Part shown: positions 50,951 to 61,302 of the stretch, piece by piece
Numbering within the stretch: the first letter of the stretch is position 1
Layout of the letters: the number at the start of each line of letters is the position of its first letter
Assembly: GCA_017441005.1 (NCBI GenBank)
Contig: JAFSAM010000058.1
Coordinates: 8,311 to 72,310, forward strand
Direction of reading: 5' to 3'
Source of the DNA: Clostridia bacterium
GTDB taxonomy: Bacteria > Bacillota > Clostridia > Oscillospirales > CAG-272
Length of the DNA stretch: 64,000 nucleotides
The notes under the pieces: model-generated
Told to the model about the DNA's origin: nothing
The model's database searches: none
What the model saw: the letters and a program-made list of their open reading frames with translations, nothing else
Position numbers and translations under genes: made by a program

Positions 50951-51063
50951 AAAATTTTTAAATTAAATTACAGAAATTAACAACAAATTTATAATTACGT
51001 GTTATAATACTCTATAATTAGTTATTTTTGTTAAACAACCGTATGAAAAAACGGAGGATTGTA

Positions 51064-53913
51064 ATGAACCAAAATAATAATAGAAGCCGGAATAAGCAGC
51101 GCGTGCAGAAAAAAGATATGATGATCAGGGCTGCAGACAAGAAGAAAAGGGAAAAGATGGCTAAACAGACAAACAAAAAAGACGGAGTCAAGGAAAGAAG
51201 TCTTGCGAGAAGAATTTTGTCCGGTATAGCTATAACTTTGCTCACTATTCTTCTTATTATGTTTATTACGGGTATGATAGTTGCGGGTGCATTTGCGTAC
51301 TATATTAAAAACTATATTGACCCTGTAATCGATGACTTTGATACCATTTCAACAGACCAGAAGCTGTCCTCAAAGATGTATTACATGGATTATACTGACA
51401 GAGAGAACAGAGTTGGTACTGCAGTCGAAATTGATAACGAAACCTTACACGGATCGGAAAACCGTATTTGGGTAAGTTTTACCGAGATGCCTACCTATCT
51501 TTATGAAGCTTTTATTTCGATCGAGGACGAACGTTTCTGGACGCATAACGGTGTCGACTGGAAGAGAACGATCGGTGCGACTTACTACTTCTTTACCGGA
51601 AGCGACAGCTATGGCGGTTCTACTATTACACAGCAGTTGATCAAGAATATTACGCAAGAGAAGGACGTTACGATCCAGCGTAAATTGCAGGAGATAATGC
51701 GTGCATTGTATCTTGACAAGACGAAGGATAAGACAGAGATTCTCGAGCTTTATCTGAATACGATCTATTTATCACAGGGTTGTTATGGAGTTCAGGCGGC
51801 TTCGCGTCTTTACTTTGATAAGGACGTAAGCGAGTTGACACTTGTCGAGTGTGCTGCGCTTGCATCTATTACACAGGCGCCGACAAAATGGGACCCTATA
51901 CAGAACCCCGAAAACAATGAGTTCAGAAGAAAGACTGTTCTTGATAAAATGTATGAGCTTGGCAAGATCACTCACAGTGAGTGGGAGGAGGCTCGTAATG
52001 CGGAGCTTGTTCTTGCCAGAGATACAGAGCAAATTCCCGGTGAAAATCCTGTTGATCCAGATGACTATAATTCATGGTATACAGATGCTGTAATAAGATC
52101 CATAGTTAAAAGATTGCAGGAAGAAAAGGGATATCCGGAGAATCTTGCATATAATATGGTGTATTCAGGCGGTTTGAAGATCTTTACGGTTATGGACCCC
52201 GATATTCAGGCTGCACTGGATGAGGTGTATGTTAATGATACTGATGTGTTCCAGGATTATATGTTCCCAGGAATCATAAAGCCCGAATCGTCAATGGTAA
52301 TAATTGATCCGAAAACGGGTGACGTTCTCGGTATTGCAGGCGGAAGAGGTCAAAAACAGGGAAACCTGTTGCTCAACTACGCAACACAGACCACAAGATC
52401 TCCCGGATCCTCTATTAAGCCTTTGACGGTCTATGCTCCTGCTCTTGAAGAGGGCATCATTACGTACGGTAAGGTTTACGATGACGTTCCGGTAAACTTT
52501 GACCAGGGTAAGTATTATGACGACGGATGGAACATAACTTACTTCTATCCGGAGACGGGACAATCTATCACAAGAACTACCGGTTGGCCCGGAAACCTTC
52601 CTACAGTTTATAGCGGTCTTACTAATATAAACTATGCAGTTCAGGTATCGAAAAACACGATAGCATTGAGAGTTTTGCAGGATCTTACCTGTGAAAAATC
52701 CTTTGATTATGCGAAAAACAAGCTTCATTTGGAGAGTATGCTTGAAAGCAAACAGCTTTCAAACGGAGAAGTGATTTCCGATAAAGGTCTTGTAGCGCTT
52801 TCGATGGGAGAAATGTGCTACGGATTGACTAACCTTGAAATAACGTCGGCATACAGTATTTTCATCAATGAAGGTGTATATAATCAGCCGAGGCTCTATT
52901 ATCAGGTTCTTGACAGTGACGATAATGTCATACTTGATGATGGATGTGAAAGCACTGTTGTAATCAGCAAAACAAATGCTTCGATCATGACAAGAATGTT
53001 GAAGAACGTTGTTGATTACGGTACAGCAAGTTCGCTTACTCTTAAATACAGAGTAAACGTTGCCGGTAAAACAGGTACGACTAACAGTGACCACGATAGA
53101 TGGTTTATAGGTTATACGCCGTATCTTATAGGCGGTGTTTGGTATGGTTTTGCCGAGCCTGACAGTTTATCTAAGGTTAACGGTAACCCTGCTGCAAATA
53201 TTTGGGATAAGGTTATGACCATAGCTCACGAAAAATATTTTACCGAGGCAGCAAATACAGGTACTCCTATTAAAACTTTTGAGTACTCAAATGAAGTGGC
53301 AAGAACGGTTTGTATGGATTCCGGTAAATATATGACTGCGGCGTGCAGTAAGGACCCCAGAGGCTACAGAGGTATGATTGCATATTATGCTCCCGGAACC
53401 GAACCAAATGAATTCTGTGATACACATGTGCTTGTAAAGTATGATGAGAAAACAGGTGCGATCGCTTGTTCCGGTTGTCCGGAAAAGGACGTGGTCGAGG
53501 TAGCTTTGCTCAACACGTCTTGGAGAAATTTCCCGAGACAGGTCGAGGTAGAGGATGCACAGTGGACTTGTCGTACTCTGCCTAAGGATGCAGAATTGTC
53601 GAGCGATAAGAATTCATCGTATTATTCGATGGCAATGGGTAAATTCTTTGCCGGTGTTTCGAGGACTAAAGATAAGGTTCAGTATAATCATGCTTGTTAT
53701 GAGCATATAAAGAATCCCTACGTCGAAGAAACCACGACAATTCCCGAGACAACAAAGGATCTTCCGCCGAGCACGAAGGATCCCGACGATGATCCCGAGA
53801 CCACATCAAGCGGTAATAATCCTTCGGGAACGACCGCTCCCGGCGGCCCCCCCGATAAGACCGAACCTGTTGAAATTACAACAGGCGAAAACTCACAAGC
53901 AACACCCGATTAA
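51064..53913 (+). CDS. Class A penicillin-binding protein (PBP1A; glycosyltransferase + transpeptidase)
   Basis: Basic N-tail plus TM. GT51 motifs EDERFWTHNGVD and GGSTITQQL. Transpeptidase motifs SPGSSIKP and KTGTT. ATG 51064 is 6 nt after GGAGG. Confidence 0.92.
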   Translation: MNQNNNRSRNKQRVQKKDMMIRAADKKKREKMAKQTNKKDGVKERSLARRILSGIAITLLTILLIMFITGMIVAGAFAYYIKNYIDPVIDDFDTISTDQKLSSKMYYMDYTDRENRVGTAVEIDNETLHGSENRIWVSFTEMPTYLYEAFISIEDERFWTHNGVDWKRTIGATYYFFTGSDSYGGSTITQQLIKNITQEKDVTIQRKLQEIMRALYLDKTKDKTEILELYLNTIYLSQGCYGVQAASRLYFDKDVSELTLVECAALASITQAPTKWDPIQNPENNEFRRKTVLDKMYELGKITHSEWEEARNAELVLARDTEQIPGENPVDPDDYNSWYTDAVIRSIVKRLQEEKGYPENLAYNMVYSGGLKIFTVMDPDIQAALDEVYVNDTDVFQDYMFPGIIKPESSMVIIDPKTGDVLGIAGGRGQKQGNLLLNYATQTTRSPGSSIKPLTVYAPALEEGIITYGKVYDDVPVNFDQGKYYDDGWNITYFYPETGQSITRTTGWPGNLPTVYSGLTNINYAVQVSKNTIALRVLQDLTCEKSFDYAKNKLHLESMLESKQLSNGEVISDKGLVALSMGEMCYGLTNLEITSAYSIFINEGVYNQPRLYYQVLDSDDNVILDDGCESTVVISKTNASIMTRMLKNVVDYGTASSLTLKYRVNVAGKTGTTNSDHDRWFIGYTPYLIGGVWYGFAEPDSLSKVNGNPAANIWDKVMTIAHEKYFTEAANTGTPIKTFEYSNEVARTVCMDSGKYMTAACSKDPRGYRGMIAYYAPGTEPNEFCDTHVLVKYDEKTGAIACSGCPEKDVVEVALLNTSWRNFPRQVEVEDAQWTCRTLPKDAELSSDKNSSYYSMAMGKFFAGVSRTKDKVQYNHACYEHIKNPYVEETTTIPETTKDLPPSTKDPDDDPETTSSGNNPSGTTAPGGPPDKTEPVEITTGENSQATPD

Positions 53914-53917
53914 ATTT

Positions 53918-53948
53918 AAAAACACCGTGTTTTTTCACGGTGTTTTTG
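53918..53948 (+). terminator. Rho-independent terminator of the PBP gene
   Basis: AAAAACACCGTG-TTTTTT-CACGGTGTTTTT. Confidence 0.85.
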
Positions 53949-54183
53949 ATTTTAATTTTTATTTTAAAACAAAAAACTCGGCATACACGGATTTTCCGCA
54001 TACCGAGTTTTGTTTCAGTCAGAGTGGTGTATTATAGACGCAGATGAATCTGAAGTATAAATTATAGTCTGAAAACGCAGTTGCCAATAGAATAATTTTC
54101 TCTTTGTTCATTATTATTCATTCTTTCTTGAATGATAATGAGTTGACAGAAGTTGAAAAAACTGATAAAATAATAAATGTGTT

Positions 54184-54669
54184 TTATTTAACCTCAAGGG
54201 CAGAGACAAACTCTTTTTCTGCATTGTCTCTTACGTTGTCATCGAAAATGAGGAAGGTAACGTAAAGTCCGCACTTTTTTGCTACAGCATTTTCGATTTT
54301 GGGGAACTGGTCTGCAAGATACTCGCTCATCCAGTTATCTTTAAGGTTTTTCAGGTATGCCTTTGCTTGGTCATAGAGCATATTGGCATTTTCTTCTGAA
54401 GAAGCCTTGAAAACACCAAACATATCTGATGAGCTTGTGGTGTTCACAAATATTGCAGATTCCTCGCAAAGGGCAAGGTCGATCGGAATATTCAGCGCTA
54501 CCCATCCTTCATCTGCCTGTGAAAGTGTGTCTATATTTGTGACGTCGAGTATACTTTTTGCGATTTCATTCACAGATACATCGGTTTTATATTCGGTTTT
54601 GCTTTTAGAGCTTCCGCAGGAAGCGAGTAAAATTATGCACAGTAATAAAATGGGAATGATTTTTTTCAT
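54184..54669 (-). CDS. Lipoprotein, unknown function
   Basis: MKKIIPILLLCIILLASC has a lipobox. GAGGT RBS. From memory it resembles the DUF4358 lipoprotein family (unverified). Confidence 0.75.
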   Translation of the reverse strand: MKKIIPILLLCIILLASCGSSKSKTEYKTDVSVNEIAKSILDVTNIDTLSQADEGWVALNIPIDLALCEESAIFVNTTSSSDMFGVFKASSEENANMLYDQAKAYLKNLKDNWMSEYLADQFPKIENAVAKKCGLYVTFLIFDDNVRDNAEKEFVSALEVK

Positions 54670-54755
54670 ATATTTTACCTCACAGTTTTTTTATAAGTAA
54701 ATTATAACATACCTTTTTTGAAATTTCAAGAAAAATATTAAGAAGGAATTTAAAT

Positions 54756-55694
54756 ATGATTCATTTTGATGCAAACAATAATTTAAAGAGGGATACGAGG
54801 TTTTATAACGTTGTTTTTCCTATATGGATCTTGATGATGTTTCCGGTTTCGTGGCTTTTTGTTATTCCGGCTAATTATGTAATAGACAGTCTTGTTCTGT
54901 TTTTGGGAATGTTTCTTTTCAGTATAGATGATAAGCTTGAGTTTTATAAGAAAAATATTATTCTTGTTTTTGTATTCGGCTTTTTGTCCGATATGATAGG
55001 CGGCGGACTTATGTTCCTTACGCAGTTTTTCGGCGAAAAAGGAGCAGCGTACGAGTATTTGACAGAACCGATTGCAACGAATCCTTTTGATAATATTTAT
55101 TCTTTACTCTATACTGTAACGGCGGTTGCTCTTTCCGGAGGATTGATTTACGTATTAAACAGATATGTTTCATTCAGAAAAGTTAGGGATAAAAAGTTAA
55201 AGCGAAAAATAGCGCTTCTTCTTGCATTGATAACTGCTCCCTATACACTTTTTATTCCGTCTACTTCATTATACGGAGGAGAGATCGATTGCTTCACCAA
55301 TCATATCGTATGGAGCGAACACGTGAGATCCGAGGTTTACTTGGCAGATGATCCTTCGATTAATATAATGGAGGGTGAAAACTGCAGAGCGCACAGTTAT
55401 ATTTTGATGAATGCTCTGAAGGAAGGTATCAACACTGCCGATGGATCCGACGAAGAAATGCCTGAAGAATGGAATTTTAAAGTGCTGTTCTTTAAAGGCG
55501 GCGATAATTCAGACATCTTCGAGGAATTGTATTTCTATCATTTATCTGACAAGCTGTATTTTACATGGAATAATGAAACTTACGTTGTGAGTGCAAAACA
55601 TAAAGACGGTATATTACTTGAACTTGGGACTCAATCGGCTCTATCCGACGGGACCTTTATCGATGGTGATGAGGTTGAAGTCGAAGTGACTTAA
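54756..55694 (+). CDS. Membrane protein, unknown function (about 5 N-terminal TM helices plus a soluble C-terminal domain)
   Basis: AAGGAA RBS. Hydrophobic helices through ~residue 170. No nameable motif. Confidence 0.65.
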   Translation: MIHFDANNNLKRDTRFYNVVFPIWILMMFPVSWLFVIPANYVIDSLVLFLGMFLFSIDDKLEFYKKNIILVFVFGFLSDMIGGGLMFLTQFFGEKGAAYEYLTEPIATNPFDNIYSLLYTVTAVALSGGLIYVLNRYVSFRKVRDKKLKRKIALLLALITAPYTLFIPSTSLYGGEIDCFTNHIVWSEHVRSEVYLADDPSINIMEGENCRAHSYILMNALKEGINTADGSDEEMPEEWNFKVLFFKGGDNSDIFEELYFYHLSDKLYFTWNNETYVVSAKHKDGILLELGTQSALSDGTFIDGDEVEVEVT

Positions 55695-55741
55695 CTAAAT
55701 ATGGGATCAATGACATGAAAATCATCGATCCCGTTTTTTGT

Positions 55742-57172
55742 TTATCTCGAATATATTTTGTTGAAATGCTTGAATTTATTTATATCTACCGAAGCAAGCT
55801 GTTCTTCGGTTATTCTGAACCCCCAGTTTCCGTCAGCACTACCCGGAGTGTTGAGTCTCGTGTCCTCGCCGTATCCCAAAATATCTTGGATAGGCATTAT
55901 AAGTGTGTTAGCTCGGCTCATATACATCGCACGCAAAATTGTGTCGTAGCATTTATTCCAATCCTCGTTACAGAATCCGACATAATCCAATACTGTTGTT
56001 CGTGTATAATTATCAAGCTCCCATATAAAGCCTAAAAGGGTGTTATTGTCATGTGTACCCGTATATGCGACAAGATTCTCACCATAATTATGGGGGAGGT
56101 GCGGATTTTCTGTATTTCCGTCAAAACCAAACTGAAATACTGCCATGCCCGGGAAACCGCTGTATGCCAAAAGCTCGTCAACCTTGCTGTCTATCAGACC
56201 GAGATTTTCCGCGATTATCAACCTGTTTTTGGCGATATCTTTGATGATGTCTATCATTTCTTCTCCGGGACCTTTGCACCATTTGCCTGATTTGGCAGTC
56301 TCGGCGTCGGCGGGGACCGCCCAATATTCCGAAAGTGCACGGAAGTGGTCTATTCTTACGCCGTCAAAAAGATCTAACATATATGATAAGCGATTTTTCC
56401 ACCAGGTATATCCGTCCTTTTTCATATACTCCCAGTTATATATGGGATTACCCCAAAGCTGACCGTCTTTTGCAAAATAGTCCGGCGGAACACCTGCAAC
56501 GCAAGTGGGGTGGTTATCCTTGTCGAGAAGGAACTGCTCTTTATTGTTTCTTGTATCGCAGCTGTCGTAAGCAACGTAAAAGGGGAGATCGCCTATGATT
56601 TTTATGCCTTTTTTGTTTGCGTAGTCTCTGACATTCTTCCATTGTGCATGAAATTCGTACTGTATAAACTGCCAGGTGAAAAGTATGTCGGAATCGGGTG
56701 ATTCAGTTTTCCATTTATTCCAGGGAAGCCCTTTGTTTGCTTCCTTAAGTGACATAAACTCGCAGCAGTCTGCAATTGCTTTGTTTTGTAAAATGTAATC
56801 TTTGATCGTTTTTTTGTCGGAAACTCTGCCTGCAGCTTTTTTCAGTAAAGAAAAACGTTCTTTTGTAAGTCTTTCAAATTCGCATTGATGGGGTGTTTTC
56901 TGCTTTGCACTTTCAAGTTCTTCTTTATACAAAAGCCCTTTATTAAAGAGAGTTTCTATATCGATAAAAAACATATTTCCGCCTATGGAAGAATAAGACA
57001 TATACGGTGAATTATGTTCGTCCGGGATGCAAAACGGGAGAACTTGCCAATAGGTAAATCCGCACTTTTCGAGATAATCTATAAATTTGAATGCACTTTT
57101 TCCGAAACTACCGCATGAAAAATCTCCCGGAAGCGATGAAATATGCATAAGTATTCCGCTTTTTCTGTCCAT
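55742..57172 (-). CDS. malQ: 4-alpha-glucanotransferase (amylomaltase, GH77)
   Basis: RKSGILMHISSLPG..WQVLP N-terminus. GDLPFYV and DHF catalytic regions. ATG 57172 is 6 nt after GAGGTG; the track ATG 57193 has no RBS. Confidence 0.9.
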   Translation of the reverse strand: MDRKSGILMHISSLPGDFSCGSFGKSAFKFIDYLEKCGFTYWQVLPFCIPDEHNSPYMSYSSIGGNMFFIDIETLFNKGLLYKEELESAKQKTPHQCEFERLTKERFSLLKKAAGRVSDKKTIKDYILQNKAIADCCEFMSLKEANKGLPWNKWKTESPDSDILFTWQFIQYEFHAQWKNVRDYANKKGIKIIGDLPFYVAYDSCDTRNNKEQFLLDKDNHPTCVAGVPPDYFAKDGQLWGNPIYNWEYMKKDGYTWWKNRLSYMLDLFDGVRIDHFRALSEYWAVPADAETAKSGKWCKGPGEEMIDIIKDIAKNRLIIAENLGLIDSKVDELLAYSGFPGMAVFQFGFDGNTENPHLPHNYGENLVAYTGTHDNNTLLGFIWELDNYTRTTVLDYVGFCNEDWNKCYDTILRAMYMSRANTLIMPIQDILGYGEDTRLNTPGSADGNWGFRITEEQLASVDINKFKHFNKIYSR

Positions 57173-57491
57173 TTTTAACACCTCGAATGACATTTTAATA
57201 CAAAACTATACAAAAATCAATAGGTAAGTATATGAATATAAACGATTTTTTGATTAATTGTGAACTTTTTTACAAATTATCATTGAAAATTGTTCAAAAA
57301 TAATATATAATGTGTATGGGTATATATATTAATATTATGTGCTCTTATATTAGGATGTATGAGGTTTATATTTATAGGAAAAAATCATTGATAGAAAGTG
57401 TTTTTAAATACCTGTGACAATATAGCAAGCCATCGGCCCGTTATAGTTATTAGGTTGTAAATAATCAAAAATATTGTTTGGAGGGAATCTA

Positions 57492-58682
57492 ATGTTATTC
57501 CGAAAAAAAGAATGCGTTGCAATGATCCTGGCAGGAGGTCAGGGAAGTAGACTTGTGGTTTTGACTGAGAATACGGCAAAGCCCGCAGTTCCTTACGGAG
57601 GAAAATACAGATTGATAGACTTTCCTTTGTCGAACTGTGTAAATTCGGGTATCGACACCGTAGGTATTCTCACACAGTATCAGCCTCTCCAACTTAACGA
57701 ATACATCGGAAACGGTATGCCTTGGGGACTTAACAGCACGAACGGCGGTATCCACGTGCTTTCTCCTTATTCAAAGAGTGAGAGCTCTGAATGGTATAAG
57801 GGCACGGCTAATGCTATTTTCCAGAACATATCTTTTCTCGAAAGATATAACCCTGACAACGTTCTTATCCTCTCGGGTGACCATATCTACAAGATGGACT
57901 ATTCAAAGATGCTTTACGAGCACGTGAAGAAAAAGGCTGACTGCACGATCGCTGTTCTTGACGTTCCGCTTGAAGAAGCAAGTAGATTCGGTATTATGAA
58001 CACTAATTCTTCCGGCAGGATCATCGAGTTTGAAGAAAAGCCGAAGGAGCCCAAGAGCACTAAGGCATCTATGGGCATCTATATATTCAAATGGAACATT
58101 CTTAAAAAGTATCTTATACTCGATAATGAAGATCCGACTTCATCCAATGACTTCGGTAAGAATATTATTCCTAAGTTGATTGAGGATAACCATAAGCTTT
58201 TTGCTTATTCCTTTGAAGGATACTGGAAGGATGTCGGAACGATAGACAGCCTTTGGCAGTCTAATATGGATATGCTTTCCAATGACGGCTCGTTCGATCT
58301 CTTTGACGGAGACAAAAAAATTTATTCAAGAAACTATGCACACCCCTCTACCTTTATTGCCAAGGGTGCAAAGATAGTTAATTCATATATTGCAGAGGGC
58401 AGCACTGTTTACGGTAACGTTTATAACTCTATTATTTCTACCGGCTGTACGGTCGGCAAGAATGCGGAAATATCAAACAGCTTTATAATGCCAAATTCTC
58501 AGATCGGACGCAATTCGGTGATCAAGTATGCGATCATCGGTGAGGATTCGGTCGTAAACGCGAATGCAAGGATAGGCGATCTTCCCGAGTTTTATGATAA
58601 AAGCAAGTGGGGAATTGCTGTTGTAGGTAAGGATAAGGTCGTTCCGCAGAACAAGATCCTTTTGCCTAAGGAAATATTCTGA
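57492..58682 (+). CDS. glgC: Glucose-1-phosphate adenylyltransferase catalytic subunit
   Basis: [36 protein letters not shown] 57492 is 6 nt after GGAGGG. Confidence 0.93.
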   Translation: MLFRKKECVAMILAGGQGSRLVVLTENTAKPAVPYGGKYRLIDFPLSNCVNSGIDTVGILTQYQPLQLNEYIGNGMPWGLNSTNGGIHVLSPYSKSESSEWYKGTANAIFQNISFLERYNPDNVLILSGDHIYKMDYSKMLYEHVKKKADCTIAVLDVPLEEASRFGIMNTNSSGRIIEFEEKPKEPKSTKASMGIYIFKWNILKKYLILDNEDPTSSNDFGKNIIPKLIEDNHKLFAYSFEGYWKDVGTIDSLWQSNMDMLSNDGSFDLFDGDKKIYSRNYAHPSTFIAKGAKIVNSYIAEGSTVYGNVYNSIISTGCTVGKNAEISNSFIMPNSQIGRNSVIKYAIIGEDSVVNANARIGDLPEFYDKSKWGIAVVGKDKVVPQNKILLPKEIF

Positions 58683-58725
58683 TTTGTGTAACCGAAAAAA
58701 TTTTTTGAAAAGAGGTAGAATTTGC

Positions 58726-59835
58726 ATGAAATTGATGGGTATAATTTTCTCTAATATATATGACAGCACATTGGGAGAGCTTACAAACCACAGAACTGTT
58801 GCATCTCTTCCTTTCGGTGGCAGATACAGACAGATCGACTTTGTCCTTTCCAATATGTCGAATTCAGGTATCTACAACGTAGGACTTATCACTAAATATA
58901 ACTACAGATCCTTGATGGACCACCTCGGCTCTGCGGCTGACTGGGATCTTAGAAGAAAAAACGAAGGACTTGTAATTTTGCCCCCGTTCGCAAGCGGACA
59001 TACAGGTGTATACAAAGGTAAACTCGAAGCGTTGTATTCGGCAGTATCTTTTATTGATAATCCTTTGTATGATTACGTTGTTGTTTGTGACTCGACAGTG
59101 CTTTGTAACCTTGATTTCAGACCTGCAATCGAAAATCATATCAAGAGCGGTGCTGACGTAACTGTAATTTCAAACCGTGAACCGGGCAACACTAAAAAGC
59201 ATCCGCTTATAGTATATGCTGACAAAAAGGGCAGGGCGCAGACACTTTTGCTTGATTCTCCTGCTGAGGAAAATGCATACGTCGGAATGGGTATGTTTAT
59301 AATCAAGCGTGAGCTTTTGGTTGCCGCACTTGAGGAATCCCATGCGAAGGGGCAGGTTCACTTTGAAAAGGATTATTTACAAAAGTATTTCAATGACGGT
59401 AAGCTCAAAATATCTGTATATGAATTCAAGGGAACGGTTTTAAGAAACGAAAATATAAAGAGCTACTATGCAAACAATATGGCGCTTCTTCAGGAAAAAA
59501 TAAGAAGCGGCTTGTTTGGTAAGAATCCTATTTATACAAAGGTAAGAGACGAGATGCCTTCGTTCTATAGCGAAAATTCCGTTGTGTCAAACAGTTTGCT
59601 TGCTGACGGCTGCGACCTGTACGGCGAGGTATATGACAGTATTTTGTTCCGTGATGTAACGGTCAACGAGGGGGCTGTTATTAAGGGATGCATCGTAATG
59701 CAGGGCACGAGGATCGGAAAGAATGCAAAGCTTGAGTGTGTAATTCTTGATAAGAACGTTACTGTTACAGAAGGCGCAGAACTTAAAGGTACACCGGAAC
59801 ATCCCGTCATAGTTAAAAAAGGAGAGACAGTATGA
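58726..59835 (+). CDS. glgD: Glucose-1-phosphate adenylyltransferase regulatory subunit GlgD
   Basis: MGIIFSN..LGELT..RTVASLPFGGRYRQIDFVLSNM is the degenerate GlgC-like N-terminus typical of GlgD. Position after glgC. Confidence 0.88.
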   Translation: MKLMGIIFSNIYDSTLGELTNHRTVASLPFGGRYRQIDFVLSNMSNSGIYNVGLITKYNYRSLMDHLGSAADWDLRRKNEGLVILPPFASGHTGVYKGKLEALYSAVSFIDNPLYDYVVVCDSTVLCNLDFRPAIENHIKSGADVTVISNREPGNTKKHPLIVYADKKGRAQTLLLDSPAEENAYVGMGMFIIKRELLVAALEESHAKGQVHFEKDYLQKYFNDGKLKISVYEFKGTVLRNENIKSYYANNMALLQEKIRSGLFGKNPIYTKVRDEMPSFYSENSVVSNSLLADGCDLYGEVYDSILFRDVTVNEGAVIKGCIVMQGTRIGKNAKLECVILDKNVTVTEGAELKGTPEHPVIVKKGETV

Positions 59836-61262
59836 AAATAGTCTTCACAGCAAGTGAGGCTGCACCGTTTATAAAGACAGGAGGTCTCGGTGACGTAGCC
59901 GAGGCCCTCCCGTCAGCATTATCTTCTATAAAGGGCAACGAGGTTATTCTGTTCTTGCCCTTTTATTCTAAAATAAAAAATAACCCCAATATTCCTACGG
60001 AATTTATAAAATCTTTTTCTGTTGATCTTTCTTGGCGCAAACAGCACGTCGGCCTGTTTAAGTATAAGAGCAGAAAGAAAAAGCTTTCTGTTTATTTCAT
60101 TGATAACGAGTATTATTTCAAAAGAGACAGTGAGTACGGACAGGGGGATGACGGCGAAAGATTTGCCTACTATTCCAAAGCTGTACTTGAATCCCTTGTG
60201 CAAATAGGAATAACCCCTGACGTTATTCACTGTAATGACTGGCAGACGGCGCTTATTCCCATATTTCTCCATGCTTTTTATCAGGACGAGCTTGGAACTG
60301 CTAAGACAGTATTTACAATTCATAACATAGAATACCAAGGGCTCTGTGATCCGTATTTTCTCGGGGACACTTTGGGCCTTGGAGAAGAATACAGAAATAA
60401 GCTTACTTACGGAGATTGCATAAATTTCATGAAGGGAGCTATACTTGAATCGGATGCTGTGACCACTGTTTCAAAGACTTATGCCGGCGAGATCAAGTAT
60501 CCCTATTTTGCGCACGGACTTTCGCCTGTTATCGAAGAGCACGCATTCAAGCTTGACGGAGTGGTAAACGGTATTAATCCCGCACTGAATGATCCTTCGT
60601 CCGATTCGGCTTTGACAGTGAATTATTCTGTTAAGAATTTTGCTGATGGAAAGCGTAAGAATAAGATAGCCTTGCAAGAGGCCCTTGGTCTTCCTGTGGA
60701 TCCCGACGTTCCGATGATCGGTATGGTTTCGAGGATAGTGTCACATAAGGGATTCGAGTTGATCTGTGACATTGCACGCGAGCTGCTCAAAGAAAATGTA
60801 CAGCTTGTTATTCTCGGTACGGGAGACCGCGCTTTCGAGGACATACTGAAGAAGATCGCTTCTTCCAATAAGTCTAAATTCTCGCTGAATTTATGCTTTG
60901 ACTCAAAGCTTGCATCGAAGATATATGCTTCATCGGATATTTATCTTATGCCATCGAAGAGCGAGCCTTGCGGACTCTCACAGTTGATCGCTATGAGATA
61001 CGGAACGGTTCCCGTTGTAAACGCTACGGGCGGTCTTAAGGATACAGTCGAGCCGTTTGACGGCAAGAAGAACGGTACGGGCTTCAATTTCCAAAGCTTC
61101 AACAGAGACGATCTGCTCGATGCACTTCACAGATGTCTTGACGTATACAGAAACGATAAGGCTTCCTGGAACATAATAGTTAAAAATGCTATGTCTTATG
61201 ATTCATCTTGGGACAAGCCTGCAAAAGAATATATGGAGATATACAATAGATTGGTTGATTGA
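59832..61262 (+). CDS. glgA: Glycogen synthase (ADP-glucose type)
   Basis: MKIVFTASEAAPFIKTGGLGDV. C-terminal PSKSEPCGLSQL. ATGA overlap with glgD. Confidence 0.93.
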   Translation: MKIVFTASEAAPFIKTGGLGDVAEALPSALSSIKGNEVILFLPFYSKIKNNPNIPTEFIKSFSVDLSWRKQHVGLFKYKSRKKKLSVYFIDNEYYFKRDSEYGQGDDGERFAYYSKAVLESLVQIGITPDVIHCNDWQTALIPIFLHAFYQDELGTAKTVFTIHNIEYQGLCDPYFLGDTLGLGEEYRNKLTYGDCINFMKGAILESDAVTTVSKTYAGEIKYPYFAHGLSPVIEEHAFKLDGVVNGINPALNDPSSDSALTVNYSVKNFADGKRKNKIALQEALGLPVDPDVPMIGMVSRIVSHKGFELICDIARELLKENVQLVILGTGDRAFEDILKKIASSNKSKFSLNLCFDSKLASKIYASSDIYLMPSKSEPCGLSQLIAMRYGTVPVVNATGGLKDTVEPFDGKKNGTGFNFQSFNRDDLLDALHRCLDVYRNDKASWNIIVKNAMSYDSSWDKPAKEYMEIYNRLVD

Positions 61263-61302
61263 TTAATATCTCTACAGCAATACCTAAAGGAGTAAATTAC
61301 CA

